DNA of 64,000 bases, from NCBI GenBank assembly GCA_963749155.1, contig CAVVLO010000005.1, positions 128,001 through 192,000 on the forward strand, given 5' to 3'. Made by a program: the position numbers and the translations under genes. Origin of the DNA: an uncultured Armatimonadia bacterium. Lineage in GTDB: Bacteria > Armatimonadota > Zipacnadia > CAVVLO01. The notes beneath the pieces are model-generated. The model searched no databases and was not told the DNA's origin. It saw only the letters and a program-made list of their open reading frames with translations. Below, piece after piece: positions 32,909-43,347 of this stretch (position 1 is the stretch's first letter; every line of letters begins with the position of its first letter).

Positions 32909-34707
32909 CTAAACCGGGGTCTGGCCCTCCAGCGCCTTGGAGAACTGCATCTCATACAAGCGCTTGTAGGTACCGCCCTCTTCCAGCAGTTCCTCGTGTC
33001 GGCCCGCCTGACCTACCAGGCCATCCTCGATGACCAGTATCTGGTCGGCATTGAGGATGGTCGAAAGCCTATGGGCAATGGCGAAGGTGGTGCGGTTCTG
33101 CATCAGGTTATCCAGGGCTTCCTGGATGAGTCGCTCGGACTCGGTGTCGAGTGCCGAGGTCGCTTCATCGAGGATAAGCACCTTGGGATTGCGCAGGATG
33201 GCGCGCGCGATCGCGATGCGCTGCCTCTGGCCGCCTGACAGACGGGTGCCCCGTTCGCCTATCTCGGTGTCATACTTGTGAGGCATCTCCATTATGAAAT
33301 CATGACAGTTGGCGGCGATTGCGGCCTCCAGCAACTCGTCTTCGGAGGCCTCCGGGGCGCCGTACATAATGTTTTCGCGTAGCGTACCACTGAAGAGATA
33401 GGTATCTTGAAGCACCATACCTATCTGACGCCGCAGACTGGAGAGTTTTATGTCCTTCAGGTCGTGCCCATCAAGCAGGATGGCGCCTCTTTCAGGGTCG
33501 TAGAAGCGCGGGATAAGGCTGACGACGGTACTTTTGCCACCACCAGAGGGGCCAACCAGCGCGGTCACCGTGCCTGCTGGCGAGGTGAAACTGATGTCCT
33601 TGAGTACTGGCTCGCCAGGCTCATAACTGAACCAGACATTGCGGAAGGCGATTTCGCCCCGTACTCGAGCCGGATCGAAGATGATGGCTTTCGGCTTGTC
33701 GATGACCTCGGGCTGCGTGTCCAGCAGCTCGAAGATACGGTCTACCGCCGCAAGTGCCGCCTGGATGTTGGCGTTGATGGTCACAAGTGTCAGGATAGGA
33801 CCGAAGAGCATACCAGCATAAGAGTTGAAGGCAAGCAGCTTGGGTAAATTCATCTCGCCCGCAAGGACCAGCACCCCGCCGTACCACAGGATGAAGAGGC
33901 TGCGCCGCGGTACCGAGCAGGCTGGCTATGAGCCAAAGTACCACGTTGAGCTTGGTCATCCTGATAGCCAAGCCCAAAGTTCTCGCGCATATCCTGCACG
34001 AAGCGGCGCGTCTCGGATTGCTCCCGACCGAAGCTCTTTACTACCCGGATGCCCCCAAGGCGCTCGTAAAGACTGCCATATATCTGGCTGTTCTTCTGCC
34101 TCGACAGGATTCCCACATTCCGGATACGCCTTCTGAAGAGCAGGAAGTTGCCGATGTAGATGGGCACTACGATGACCGTGACTATGGCCAGCACAGTATT
34201 CATATAGAACAGGAAGAACATCAGGGCGATGACCTGGGCTACGCTCATAACCAGGTTGGCAAGACCGCCGCCTACGAGCTGGTGCAAGGCGTCAACGTCC
34301 GACATAACGCGCGCCATAATACGACCAGTCTGATGGGTCTCATAATAGCGCAGCGACAGTCGTTGCAGATGACGGAACATCTGAGTACGGATATCGAACA
34401 ACACACGTTGCGCTACCACTGTAAGCGTCATATCGCGACTGTAGCTTATGGCATGACTGAGCAGGTGGATGACAATCATCAAGCCTATCCAGTGAGTGAG
34501 CTCAATCTTGAGTCTCGAGACTTCGGTTACATTGCCCTGTTTCAAAGCGACAAGCCCATCTGGCAAGATGCCCCCAACAAGCTGAGCGCCAACCCAGGGC
34601 AAGGCAATACCGATGGCCAGGCTAACCAGCATCAGCACAATGGCCTGGGCCATCTTGAACCAGTATGGCTTGACGAACTTCATCAATCTGCTGAAGTTAC
34701 TCTGCAT
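32909..34707 (-). CDS. ABC exporter, fused permease/ATPase (MsbA/Sav1866-like); two indels near 33895 and 33970
   Basis: TMD (TGRIMARVMSD, RVVKSFGRE); Walker A GPSGGGKST; LSGGQRQR; ILDEATSALD; IAHRLST. Confidence 0.93.
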
Positions 34708-34833
34708 ATCTACTCCGCCCGGACCAGTTTTTTTACCAAGCCGGCACCAGCACGTGGTGATAATACCCTAGTTAGCCAGCCATTTCGACTAGCGAGGGCT
34801 AAACCCTTTGCCCCTTTTTGCCGACATCATAAA

Positions 34834-34863
34834 TTGACGGCAATTCTTGACCCCACCTATAAT
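34834..34863 (+). promoter_or_regulatory. putative sigma70 promoter of the galT-like/glgA cluster
   Basis: TTGACG-N18-TATAAT, ~47 nt upstream of the GGAGG-led ATG at 34910. Confidence 0.55.
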
Positions 34864-34909
34864 CGGGTCAACTAGGCGCGACCTGGGTCGCGTTACCGGA
34901 GGCAAGCAT

Positions 34910-35929
34910 ATGCCCGAACTGAGAAAGGACCCCGTTACAGGGACCTGGGTAATAATCGCTATCGAAAGGGGCAAGCGCCCTTCAGATTTTCAGTCCCCCA
35001 AAGAAGAAGAAACAGGCAGTTTCTGTCCCTTCTGTTACGGCAACGAACACGTAACCCCTCCCGAGATTGCGGCGTATCGAGATCCAGCTACCGCCCCTGA
35101 TACGCCTGGGTGGCAAGTGCGCGTAGTGCCCAACAAGTTTCCCGCGCTGGCTATCGAGGGAGACCTCGGCAAACGCGCCGATGGTATCTACGACCGGATG
35201 AATGGCGTTGGCGCGCACGAGGTCATCATCGAGACTCCCGATCACAGCAAGAGCCTGGGCGACCTGGAGCTGCCCCAGGTCAGAAAGGTCGTGCAGATGT
35301 ACAAGGAGCGCGTCGCTGACCTGGGCAAGGACCACCGGCTGAGGTATTCGCTGGTGTTCAAGAACTGGGGCCAGACCGCGGGTGCTTCGCTATCGCATAC
35401 CCACTCCCAGATAATCGCGACTCCCGTCGTGCCGATTCTTGTGAATGAAGAGATAGCTGGCGCGGCTCGGTACCGGGGTTTTCGGGAGCGTTGCGTTTTT
35501 TGCGACATCCTTGACCAGGACCTGGCGGACGGCTCGCGCATCGTGTTCGAGAACAAGTCGATGGTGTGCCTGACGCCTTTCGCTTCCAAGAGCCCCTTTG
35601 AGACCTGGATCCTCCCCAAAGAGCATCTGAGTGCCTTTGAAGAGACCGCCGATCTCGTGCTCGATGACTTCGCCGAGGCGCTGAAGGAGACTTTGACCCG
35701 CATCAAGGTTACTCTCGATGACCCGCCATTCAACTTTATGCTGCACACGACTCCTTACCACGAACACGGGTTGCCGCATTATCACTGGCACCTGGAGATA
35801 GTGCCCCGGCTGACCAAACTGGCGGGCTTCGAATGGGGTTCGGGATTCTATATAAATCCTACGCCTCCTGAGCAGGCGGCCGAGTTCCTGCGCGAGGCGC
35901 TTGCAGCAGTAGATGCGCCGACCCACTAG
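34910..35929 (+). CDS. galT: GalT-family nucleotidyltransferase (hexose-1-phosphate uridylyltransferase / ADP-glucose phosphorylase-like)
   Basis: ELRKDP, RGKRP, CPFC, PNKFPAL, HEVIIETP, GASLSHTHSQ (HxHxQ), HWHLEI.PR, AGFEWG. Confidence 0.9.
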   Translation: MPELRKDPVTGTWVIIAIERGKRPSDFQSPKEEETGSFCPFCYGNEHVTPPEIAAYRDPATAPDTPGWQVRVVPNKFPALAIEGDLGKRADGIYDRMNGVGAHEVIIETPDHSKSLGDLELPQVRKVVQMYKERVADLGKDHRLRYSLVFKNWGQTAGASLSHTHSQIIATPVVPILVNEEIAGAARYRGFRERCVFCDILDQDLADGSRIVFENKSMVCLTPFASKSPFETWILPKEHLSAFEETADLVLDDFAEALKETLTRIKVTLDDPPFNFMLHTTPYHEHGLPHYHWHLEIVPRLTKLAGFEWGSGFYINPTPPEQAAEFLREALAAVDAPTH

Positions 35930-35943
35930 TCTGGAGATGGGAC

Positions 35944-38253
35944 TTGCCTTTGGCTGGCAAAGAAGAACAAGCAACTGACCTGAAGAAGCGCCCTGCGGTG
36001 CTCGAGGCCTCTCTGTTCACGAAAGTCGTGGACTGGCTTGCGGCGATGAGGGCGATACTTCGTCACGCCCCCGAGGAGCTAACCTCCTGGTGGGTGGCCA
36101 CACCGGCCGGCGAAGTGCTGCTCGAGATAGTCAACGACAAAGAAGAATACTGGTGCTCGAAGGTCGCAAAAGAAGAGGGTAATCTTCGGGTCAAATGCCT
36201 GGAGCGGTTAGAGCTTGCTCACAATTGCCTGCGCCCTGAAGGCTGCAGTTTCCGCTGCGAGCAGGGAGGCATCATTAGCGCGGTGCCTATCCTGGTGGGC
36301 GAGGTGCCTGTTGCCCATATGGGGCTATGTCTAAGCCTGGCAGGTTCTGACCTCACTCCGGAAAAGAAGGCTTCACTGGAGACCCTCTGGACCGAGGTGC
36401 GCCAGATGCCATCACTTGAGGTGGTGGGTGATCCGGCCGCGCAGGTCCAGCTAAAACGCGCAATGAGGCTCTTCTCCTCGCTCTCGCGTATTGTCAGTGG
36501 CAGCCGGATAGAGGCCAGTCTGGAGTACCTGTCCGTACTGGCCGAGACCGCGCAACTGGTTGTCAGTTCACTGGATTTGTCGGAGGTACTCGGCACAATA
36601 GCGCGCAGGTCCAAAGCCTTGCTTGATGTCGATAACCTGGCGCTTTATCTGTTCAACCGAGGCCAGCAGGCCCTCGAGCTGGCTGCAAGCGCCACCACCG
36701 ATGCCGATGTGTCCGAACCTTCGATTGTCGCTGTAAGCAGAGGCATCACGGGCAAGTGTTATCAGTCGGGAGTGCCTTTTGGCGCGAGCGATATTGAAGA
36801 GAGTCCCAATTTGGAGGACGTTGACGTACCCAAGGGGGTCAGGTCCTTCCTCGCGGTGCCGATGCTGGACTATGGTGAGGTGCGCGGTGTTGTCGTAGCT
36901 TATGCGCGAGAACGTCAGGACTGGGACGAAGGGGAGACTCGCTATCTGCAAGCGCTGGGCAGCCTGGTCATAGTGGCCAGCCGCAGCTACCAGCTCAATT
37001 CGGCAGTGCGAAGGCGTATCTCGGAGCTTGAGACGCTGCACAAAGTCAGTCGTTCGATTGCCTCGACGCTTGACCTCAGGCGAGTGCTCGAACTGGTGTC
37101 GGAGGCCAGTGTGCGCGCGCTCAACGCCAGCGGCGCGCTGCTCTATATGTATGATCCGGCCTCGGGCAAGCTCAGTCCTGAGGCCGCTTTTGGGGTTGGA
37201 GAACACTTCCTTTCAACGCGTCAGCTCGATCCTGCAGCCGAACATGTGGCAATAACACATGATCCTCTGATAGAGCGCGAAGCCGACAAGCATCCCGAGC
37301 ACGGTCAGGTTTACCGGGGGCTGGCCAAGTCAGTATTATCGGTGCCACTTACAGTCAAAAACGAGTTTCTCGGCGCGCTGACAGTGTATGACCGATTGGG
37401 CGAAAACGGCGTTGTAGCGCCCTTCGAAGAAGACGACCTGCGCCTTCTGCTTACTTTCGCAGGTCAGGCGGCTATTGCAATCGAGAATGCGCGACTCTTC
37501 ACCAATGTACAACACGCTCAGGAAGCCGCCCGCAAGGCCGAGCTCGAGTTGGCCGAGGCTGAAAAACTGGCCGCGCTTGGCGCTATCACTGCCAGCCTGG
37601 CCCATGAGATACGTAATCCGATGGCGGCAATAGGGGGCCTTGCCCGCAGGTTGGTAAAACTGCTGCCAGCCGATGAAACCCATCGGCGGTATGCAGAGAC
37701 CATCCAGCAGGAAGCTTCACGCTTGCTGGACTTGCTCTCGAGTACCCTCGATTTCGCTCGGGGGCCAAAACCGAATTACGAACTCGTGCGGCCCGAGCGC
37801 TTTCTGCTCGAACCACTTGATCTGGTGGAAGAGCTTTTCGCCAGCCGTGACATAAAGGTCAAACGCGAGCTTGCGCCCAATCTGCCCGAGCTCAGAGCTG
37901 ATGTTAACGGGCTCAAGCAGGCCTTTCTAAACCTCTACCAAAACGCCGCCGAGGCTATGCCAGAGGGGGGGACGCTCACGGTGACCGCCAGGGCCAGCAA
38001 TTCGCGGCTCCAGGTCAAAGTGCGCGACACGGGGCAGGGCATTGATGAAGAACTGCTGCCCCGGATTTTTCAGCCCTTTGTCACGTCCAAGCAGTCTGGC
38101 ACTGGCCTGGGATTGTCTCTGGTCAGCCATCTGATTCGGCAGCATGGGGGCAAGCTGGATGTATCCAGCGAGGTGGGGAAGGGCACGGAGTTTCGTATCT
38201 CGCTGCCCATCCGCCTCGATATCGAACCTGCTTTTGCAACAGAAACAGGATAA
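35944..38253 (+). CDS. cytoplasmic histidine kinase, PocR-like - GAF - GAF - HisKA - HATPase
   Basis: WCSKV..RVKCLE..FRCEQGGIISAVPILVGE; two GAF segments (SFLAVPM, SVLSVPL, AAIAIENARL); LAHEIRNPM, NLYQNA, DTGQGI, GTGLGL; no TM. Confidence 0.9.
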   Translation: MPLAGKEEQATDLKKRPAVLEASLFTKVVDWLAAMRAILRHAPEELTSWWVATPAGEVLLEIVNDKEEYWCSKVAKEEGNLRVKCLERLELAHNCLRPEGCSFRCEQGGIISAVPILVGEVPVAHMGLCLSLAGSDLTPEKKASLETLWTEVRQMPSLEVVGDPAAQVQLKRAMRLFSSLSRIVSGSRIEASLEYLSVLAETAQLVVSSLDLSEVLGTIARRSKALLDVDNLALYLFNRGQQALELAASATTDADVSEPSIVAVSRGITGKCYQSGVPFGASDIEESPNLEDVDVPKGVRSFLAVPMLDYGEVRGVVVAYARERQDWDEGETRYLQALGSLVIVASRSYQLNSAVRRRISELETLHKVSRSIASTLDLRRVLELVSEASVRALNASGALLYMYDPASGKLSPEAAFGVGEHFLSTRQLDPAAEHVAITHDPLIEREADKHPEHGQVYRGLAKSVLSVPLTVKNEFLGALTVYDRLGENGVVAPFEEDDLRLLLTFAGQAAIAIENARLFTNVQHAQEAARKAELELAEAEKLAALGAITASLAHEIRNPMAAIGGLARRLVKLLPADETHRRYAETIQQEASRLLDLLSSTLDFARGPKPNYELVRPERFLLEPLDLVEELFASRDIKVKRELAPNLPELRADVNGLKQAFLNLYQNAAEAMPEGGTLTVTARASNSRLQVKVRDTGQGIDEELLPRIFQPFVTSKQSGTGLGLSLVSHLIRQHGGKLDVSSEVGKGTEFRISLPIRLDIEPAFATETG

Positions 38254-38293
38254 GCTGGAAGCCCACAAGAGCTTCCCTTGAGGTGAACCGTGT

Positions 38294-38644
38294 ATGTATA
38301 GATTATTGGTAGTTGAAGACGAACCTGCCCAGCGTCTGTTGCTCTCGGACGAGTTGCGCGATGCCGGTTATTCGGTTACGGAGGTCGATTCGGGCGAGGC
38401 GGCTCTCGAGTTGCTCTCGGTTGAAGAGTTTGACCTTATGACGCTTGACCTGCAGATGCCTGGGATAAGTGGGCTGGAAGTGCTGGACGAAGTCTCGCGT
38501 CTCTGGCCTGACCTGCCGGTCATTGTCTGCACGGCTTATGGTGACAAGAAACAGGATTTCCGCAGTTGGGCCGCTAACGATTACTGGGTAAAGTCCGACG
38601 ATCTGAGTGAATTACTGGAAAAAATCGAAGCTGCGCTCGCTTGA
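38294..38644 (+). CDS. single-domain response regulator (receiver)
   Basis: VVEDE, LDLQMPGISG, CTAY, VKS; no output domain. Confidence 0.93.
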   Translation: MYRLLVVEDEPAQRLLLSDELRDAGYSVTEVDSGEAALELLSVEEFDLMTLDLQMPGISGLEVLDEVSRLWPDLPVIVCTAYGDKKQDFRSWAANDYWVKSDDLSELLEKIEAALA

Positions 38645-38663
38645 GCGCCTGGGAGTGAGTCTT

Positions 38664-40106
38664 ATGAAGATACTTGTAATGGCCTCTGAAGTTGTGCCTT
38701 TCGCCAAGACTGGAGGGCTTGCGGATGTAGCCGGAGCGCTGCCGGGCGCGCTCAAGGCGCTGGGGCATGAAGTGCGCGTTGCGCTGCCGATGTATTCCGA
38801 GGTAAAGGCCAAGGGATTCGAGCTTACCCCGGTTGCCGATATCAGCGTCGAGGTTGGCGCTCTCGCAAAGCAAGGCGTCCTCTACGAAACCCTTGGTGAT
38901 GGAGGGGCGCCAGTCTGGTTGCTTGACTGCCCCGAATACTTCGAGCGCGAACAGCTTTACGGCTATGCGGATGATGATGCGCGGTTCGTCTTTTATCAGA
39001 AGGCGATCCTGGCCGCCTGTGAGCAGCTCGGTTGGCGCCCGGACGTCATCCACTGCAATGACTGGCAGACTGGCTTTGTGCCCGTCTTCCTCAAGACGAC
39101 CCTGGCGGACAGCGAGTTCTTCAAGGGCATCGGCACTGTCTACACCATTCACAACCTGGCCTATCAAGGGCTGTTTGGGGGCCTTGCCCTGCATCTCGCC
39201 GGGCTTCCTGGCGAACTCAACAGGCCCGAAGGCGTCGAGTTTTATGGGGGCGTCTCCTTTATGAAGGCGGGCATCCAGTTCGCCGATTATGTAAATACCG
39301 TCAGCGAAGGTTATGCGCGCGAGATTCGCACCCCCGAGTATGGCGAGAGGCTTGACGATATCATCTCGGCTCGGGGCGACCGAGTCGTCGGCATCCTCAA
39401 TGGTATAGATTACAACCTGTGGAGCCCCGAGACTGACAAGCATCTGGTGGCTTCTTATAGCCCTAAACAGCTTGCTGGCAAGGCGAAATGCAAAGCCGAC
39501 CTGCAGAAGACGATGGGCCTGCCCGAGCGCGCGGAGGCGCCCCTCTTCGGGATGGTAACCAGGCTCTCCTCGCAGAAAGGCCTGGACCTTTTCGAAGAGG
39601 CTTTTACCGAGGTGCTTGAAAGAGATCTGCAGGTAGTGGTGCTTGGTACTGGAGACCCCCAGTATCACGAATTGATGACGGAGCTGGCCACTGAGTACCC
39701 GACCAAGTTCGCCGTGATGCTTGGCTTCTCCAACGAACTGGCGCACAAAATCTACGCGGGGGTTGATATCTTCCTGATGCCCTCGCGTTATGAGCCGTGC
39801 GGTCTCAGCCAGATCATCAGCCTGAAGTATGGCACCGTGCCACTGGTGCGCAAGACCGGCGGGCTGGCTGACACCATTGCCGAATTCTCCCCAGCGGCCA
39901 AAGAAGGCAATGGTTTTGTGTTCTCCGAATACACCGGAGGCGCCTTTGCCGAGACAATCAAAAGGTCACTCCTGGCCTGGGAAGCGGGCGAAGGGCTGTG
40001 GAAACAGCTCCAGCAGGCGGGGATGGCGGCTGACTTCTCGTGGGAAGCCTCGGCTAACGAATATGCTGACCTGTACAAGAAGGCGGTGGAGGCGGCCTCG
40101 GAGTAA
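38664..40106 (+). CDS. glgA: glycogen synthase (GT5)
   Basis: KTGGLADV, HCNDWQTG, TIHNLAYQG, GILNGID, RLSSQKG, PSRYEPCGLSQ, TGGLADT. Confidence 0.97.
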   Translation: MKILVMASEVVPFAKTGGLADVAGALPGALKALGHEVRVALPMYSEVKAKGFELTPVADISVEVGALAKQGVLYETLGDGGAPVWLLDCPEYFEREQLYGYADDDARFVFYQKAILAACEQLGWRPDVIHCNDWQTGFVPVFLKTTLADSEFFKGIGTVYTIHNLAYQGLFGGLALHLAGLPGELNRPEGVEFYGGVSFMKAGIQFADYVNTVSEGYAREIRTPEYGERLDDIISARGDRVVGILNGIDYNLWSPETDKHLVASYSPKQLAGKAKCKADLQKTMGLPERAEAPLFGMVTRLSSQKGLDLFEEAFTEVLERDLQVVVLGTGDPQYHELMTELATEYPTKFAVMLGFSNELAHKIYAGVDIFLMPSRYEPCGLSQIISLKYGTVPLVRKTGGLADTIAEFSPAAKEGNGFVFSEYTGGAFAETIKRSLLAWEAGEGLWKQLQQAGMAADFSWEASANEYADLYKKAVEAASE

Positions 40107-40126
40107 TCCGGGACGCTCTCAAGATT

Positions 40127-42085
40127 ATGGCAGTCTTCCAGCCGGCGGCGGCAATTGGCAACGGACGCTTACTCGTCACGCTGGGGTACGCGGGCGAGGT
40201 GATGGGCTTTTTCTGGCCACGCCTCGACTTCGCCCAGCAGGCGCACGAGGTAATGCCTGCCGTCTGGCTGGAAGCCGACCAGCGCCTGCATTGGCTGTTT
40301 GAGCCGTCCTTCCAGCGTGAAATCCATTACCAGGAGCGCACCAATATCCTGGTCACGACGCTAAGACGCGATGGGCTCGAACTCCAGATCGAAGATTTCG
40401 TGCCTCCCTCGGCGCACTGCGCCGTCAGGCATTTCACCCTCACCAACCGCAGTCAAGCGCCAGTGGGTCTGAGACTGCTGCAATACTTTGACCTTTGGTG
40501 TGGCGAGGTTTCCGAGAAAAACTGGGTCTACTTCCATCCGGATGACAATGCCTTTATCCAGCGGTTTCGCAGTTATTGTCTGGTGGTAGGGGGCACCTCT
40601 TTCGACCATTACACCTGCGGAAAAGCGCCCTCAACCGCCGGCTTCAACGCGAAAGAAGACCTGCTGGATGGAAGCCTCTCACGTCAGCTCGAAGACCTGG
40701 GCGATGTGGCTTTCGCCTGTGGCTGGAACGTCAAGCTCCAACCTGGCGAAAGCGCTCGCAAGGTGCTCGTGCTGTCGGCTGGGCATTCTGAGCAGCAGGC
40801 GATGGCGTGTTTGAAGGGGGTTTTGGCGCGTCCTCAGGACCAGCTCCTCGAGGAGACTGCCGCTTACTGGCATAACCGGCTGATGCGTCCCGCGCCCCCC
40901 GACCTGCCAAAAGAATATGCCAGCCTTTACGAGCGTTGTCAGCTCGCGTTGCCCCTGCTTTGCGATGCAGGTACGGGGGGCATCCTGGCCGCGCCTGAAT
41001 TCGATCCCAACTATGAAAAATCGGGTGGTTATGGTTATTGCTGGCCGCGCGATGCCGCAGAGGTCGCCACCTGGCTCGCCGAGCTTGGCTGGGATGGGCC
41101 AGTCAGACGCTTTTTTGACTGGACCAGGGCCGCGATGCGACAGGAGGGCAGTTTCGAGCAGCGTTATTGGCTTGATGGGCTGCCAGCCCCAAGCTGGTGT
41201 AGCCGTGAGGGCACGATGCAGGTGGACGAAAGCGCGGCCGTGGTCGTCGCTTTTGGCCGCTGCCTGAAGTTGCTGCCCCCCGAAGAACGGCTTTCGTGGC
41301 TCTCGCGCCAGTGGGATAGCCTGCTTTCGACCCTCGGTTATCTGAGGGGGATGCTGGATGAGTCAGGCCTGCATCGCACAGCGACCGACTTGTGGGAGAC
41401 CTTCCAGGGGTCTTTCACCTATACCAATTCGCTCATATACGGGGCCTTCGCACAGGCCGCAGAGCTTGCCGATTTGCTTGGTGACACCTCCCTTGCCGAG
41501 GGACTGCGAGAAGAAGCTGACAAAATACGCCAGGCTGTGCTCCAGCGCCTCTGGGTCGGCGACCATTTTATCCGAGGGCTTACCCACACTGGCCAACCGG
41601 ACCTGGCGGTGGATTGCTCTGTACTTGGGGTGGTAGAGCCTGCCGGATTGCTTGACCTGGCTGAGCCAAAAGACCGCGAGCGGATGCGTAAGACCCTCGA
41701 GGTGCTGGAGGCCAAATTGGGAGTAAAAGAACCTTCAGGCGCCATCGGCCTCAAGCGGTTCGAGGGTGACACTTACCTCGGAGGCCCTGTCGGGCTGGTC
41801 AACACCGCCTGGGCCGCTCAGGTCGAGCTCAAACTGGCGCTTGCGCTGCTGCCTCACGAGCAGGAAGCCGCCGACCATTTTGTGGCGCTTGCCAGGGCGC
41901 ACCTGGATTTTTGCGTGGCCCATGCTACGGTGACAGGTTTATTGCCGGAAGAAATAGGCCCTACTTTTGATACCGCGGTCTGGGCTGCTCCCCATGGCTG
42001 GACAACCGCTTTGTTCGGGCAGTGTTGTGAGTTGCTTGTCGCATATCAACATCGTCGTGAAAGTCTGGCCGGTCTTCTAGCCTAA
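40127..42085 (+). CDS. glycoside hydrolase family 15 (glucoamylase-like)
   Basis: IGNGR N-terminal domain, GGILAAP, YGYCWPRD, DLWE, RFEGDTY, GLLPEE. Confidence 0.88.
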   Translation: MAVFQPAAAIGNGRLLVTLGYAGEVMGFFWPRLDFAQQAHEVMPAVWLEADQRLHWLFEPSFQREIHYQERTNILVTTLRRDGLELQIEDFVPPSAHCAVRHFTLTNRSQAPVGLRLLQYFDLWCGEVSEKNWVYFHPDDNAFIQRFRSYCLVVGGTSFDHYTCGKAPSTAGFNAKEDLLDGSLSRQLEDLGDVAFACGWNVKLQPGESARKVLVLSAGHSEQQAMACLKGVLARPQDQLLEETAAYWHNRLMRPAPPDLPKEYASLYERCQLALPLLCDAGTGGILAAPEFDPNYEKSGGYGYCWPRDAAEVATWLAELGWDGPVRRFFDWTRAAMRQEGSFEQRYWLDGLPAPSWCSREGTMQVDESAAVVVAFGRCLKLLPPEERLSWLSRQWDSLLSTLGYLRGMLDESGLHRTATDLWETFQGSFTYTNSLIYGAFAQAAELADLLGDTSLAEGLREEADKIRQAVLQRLWVGDHFIRGLTHTGQPDLAVDCSVLGVVEPAGLLDLAEPKDRERMRKTLEVLEAKLGVKEPSGAIGLKRFEGDTYLGGPVGLVNTAWAAQVELKLALALLPHEQEAADHFVALARAHLDFCVAHATVTGLLPEEIGPTFDTAVWAAPHGWTTALFGQCCELLVAYQHRRESLAGLLA

Positions 42086-42114
42086 TCGCTTCTCTTCTGG
42101 TATCATACCCGCCT

Positions 42115-43347
42115 ATGGCAACACTGGCCGAGGCTCCTCAACCTGAGAAAAGCGCTCCCTTGCCACCGTCCAGTACGGTGTTTAACCGGGAACTGGTACC
42201 ACTCTCGCTGGCGTTCTTCCTGCTTGCCGCTTCAGGCTATTCAATCCAGCAGTTCGTGGTACCCTGGTGGCAAGAGGCGCGGGGATTCTCTGCCGCTCAG
42301 GCTTCGTCGCTCCTGGCCGCCGCTTATGGCGCGATGGCCATCGCCCGCGTGCGCGCAAGCCTCTTGCTGAAACTCCTTGGGGGGTACGAGCTGCTCATCG
42401 GGGGGATGCTCGTCAATCTGCTGTGGGTGATCGCCGCCTTCACGGTGACGAGTTACGCAGGGCTGTTTGTCGCTTCCTGCCTCTGGGGCGCCTTCGCCGG
42501 TGTGCAGTGGGTTGCTTCAGGCAGTCTCGTAACGGAAACCGTCACTGCGGACAAGCGAGGCGCGGCCTCGGGTTATTTTTTCTTGCACCACTTTGGCGGA
42601 CTGGCGCTCGGAGTCTTCGGTTTCGGCTGGCTGCTCGGTCGCTGGGGTATCGAAGTCGCCGCTCTGACCACGGCCTTCGTCTGTGCATCAGCCACCTTCG
42701 TCGCCCTCCTGGTGCCAATACGCCAGCTGCGCCCAGTGGCGGTAGGCTTGAAGACCGTCTTTGCCCAGTTCCACGAGGCCAAGCTCAAGATGGCCGCAGT
42801 GGCAATATTTGTTGGAAGCCTGGGCCTCGGTGCGGTTTTCGGCCCTTTCAGCACCCTCGTTGCCGACCAGTTTGGCCTGGCGCTAATTGGCTCGATTATC
42901 GTGGGATTTCACATTGGCAGGCTGGCCTTCAGCCTGATTATAGGCAGGCTGTCCGATTTGTTCGGGCGGGAAGTGGTGCTTTCAACAGGCTTCTTGCTGG
43001 CCGCTGCCGGTATGGCGCTGGCCAGTCAACAGCAGGTCGCCTGGACGGTGGTTGTAGCCGCGGTGGGTCTCGGTATTGCCCATTCTGTTTCCAATGTCAT
43101 CGCCACGGCCCTGGCTGGGGATGTCGCCACTCCGGAGCTTAAAGTCCAGACTATGTCAGGATTATGGGTTTTCCAGGACCTGGCGGTTGTCCTGTCGGTG
43201 CTTGGGGGGCAGTGGCTCAAGTCCTGGTCTGGCGGATTCGCTCTGCCTTTTGGTATTACTGCGGCTATCTTCGCCGCGACTGGGCTCGGGGCGCTGCTCT
43301 TTGCGCGGAGTTGCTTTGCCAAAGGAGAGGGCGCCTGTGAGCGTTAA
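42115..43347 (+). CDS. MFS transporter
   Basis: ~12 TM; GRLSDLFGRE motif. Confidence 0.9.
   Translation: MATLAEAPQPEKSAPLPPSSTVFNRELVPLSLAFFLLAASGYSIQQFVVPWWQEARGFSAAQASSLLAAAYGAMAIARVRASLLLKLLGGYELLIGGMLVNLLWVIAAFTVTSYAGLFVASCLWGAFAGVQWVASGSLVTETVTADKRGAASGYFFLHHFGGLALGVFGFGWLLGRWGIEVAALTTAFVCASATFVALLVPIRQLRPVAVGLKTVFAQFHEAKLKMAAVAIFVGSLGLGAVFGPFSTLVADQFGLALIGSIIVGFHIGRLAFSLIIGRLSDLFGREVVLSTGFLLAAAGMALASQQQVAWTVVVAAVGLGIAHSVSNVIATALAGDVATPELKVQTMSGLWVFQDLAVVLSVLGGQWLKSWSGGFALPFGITAAIFAATGLGALLFARSCFAKGEGACER

Noticed and set aside
38574..39746. 390-aa minus-strand ORF
   Set aside because: Antisense shadow of glgA
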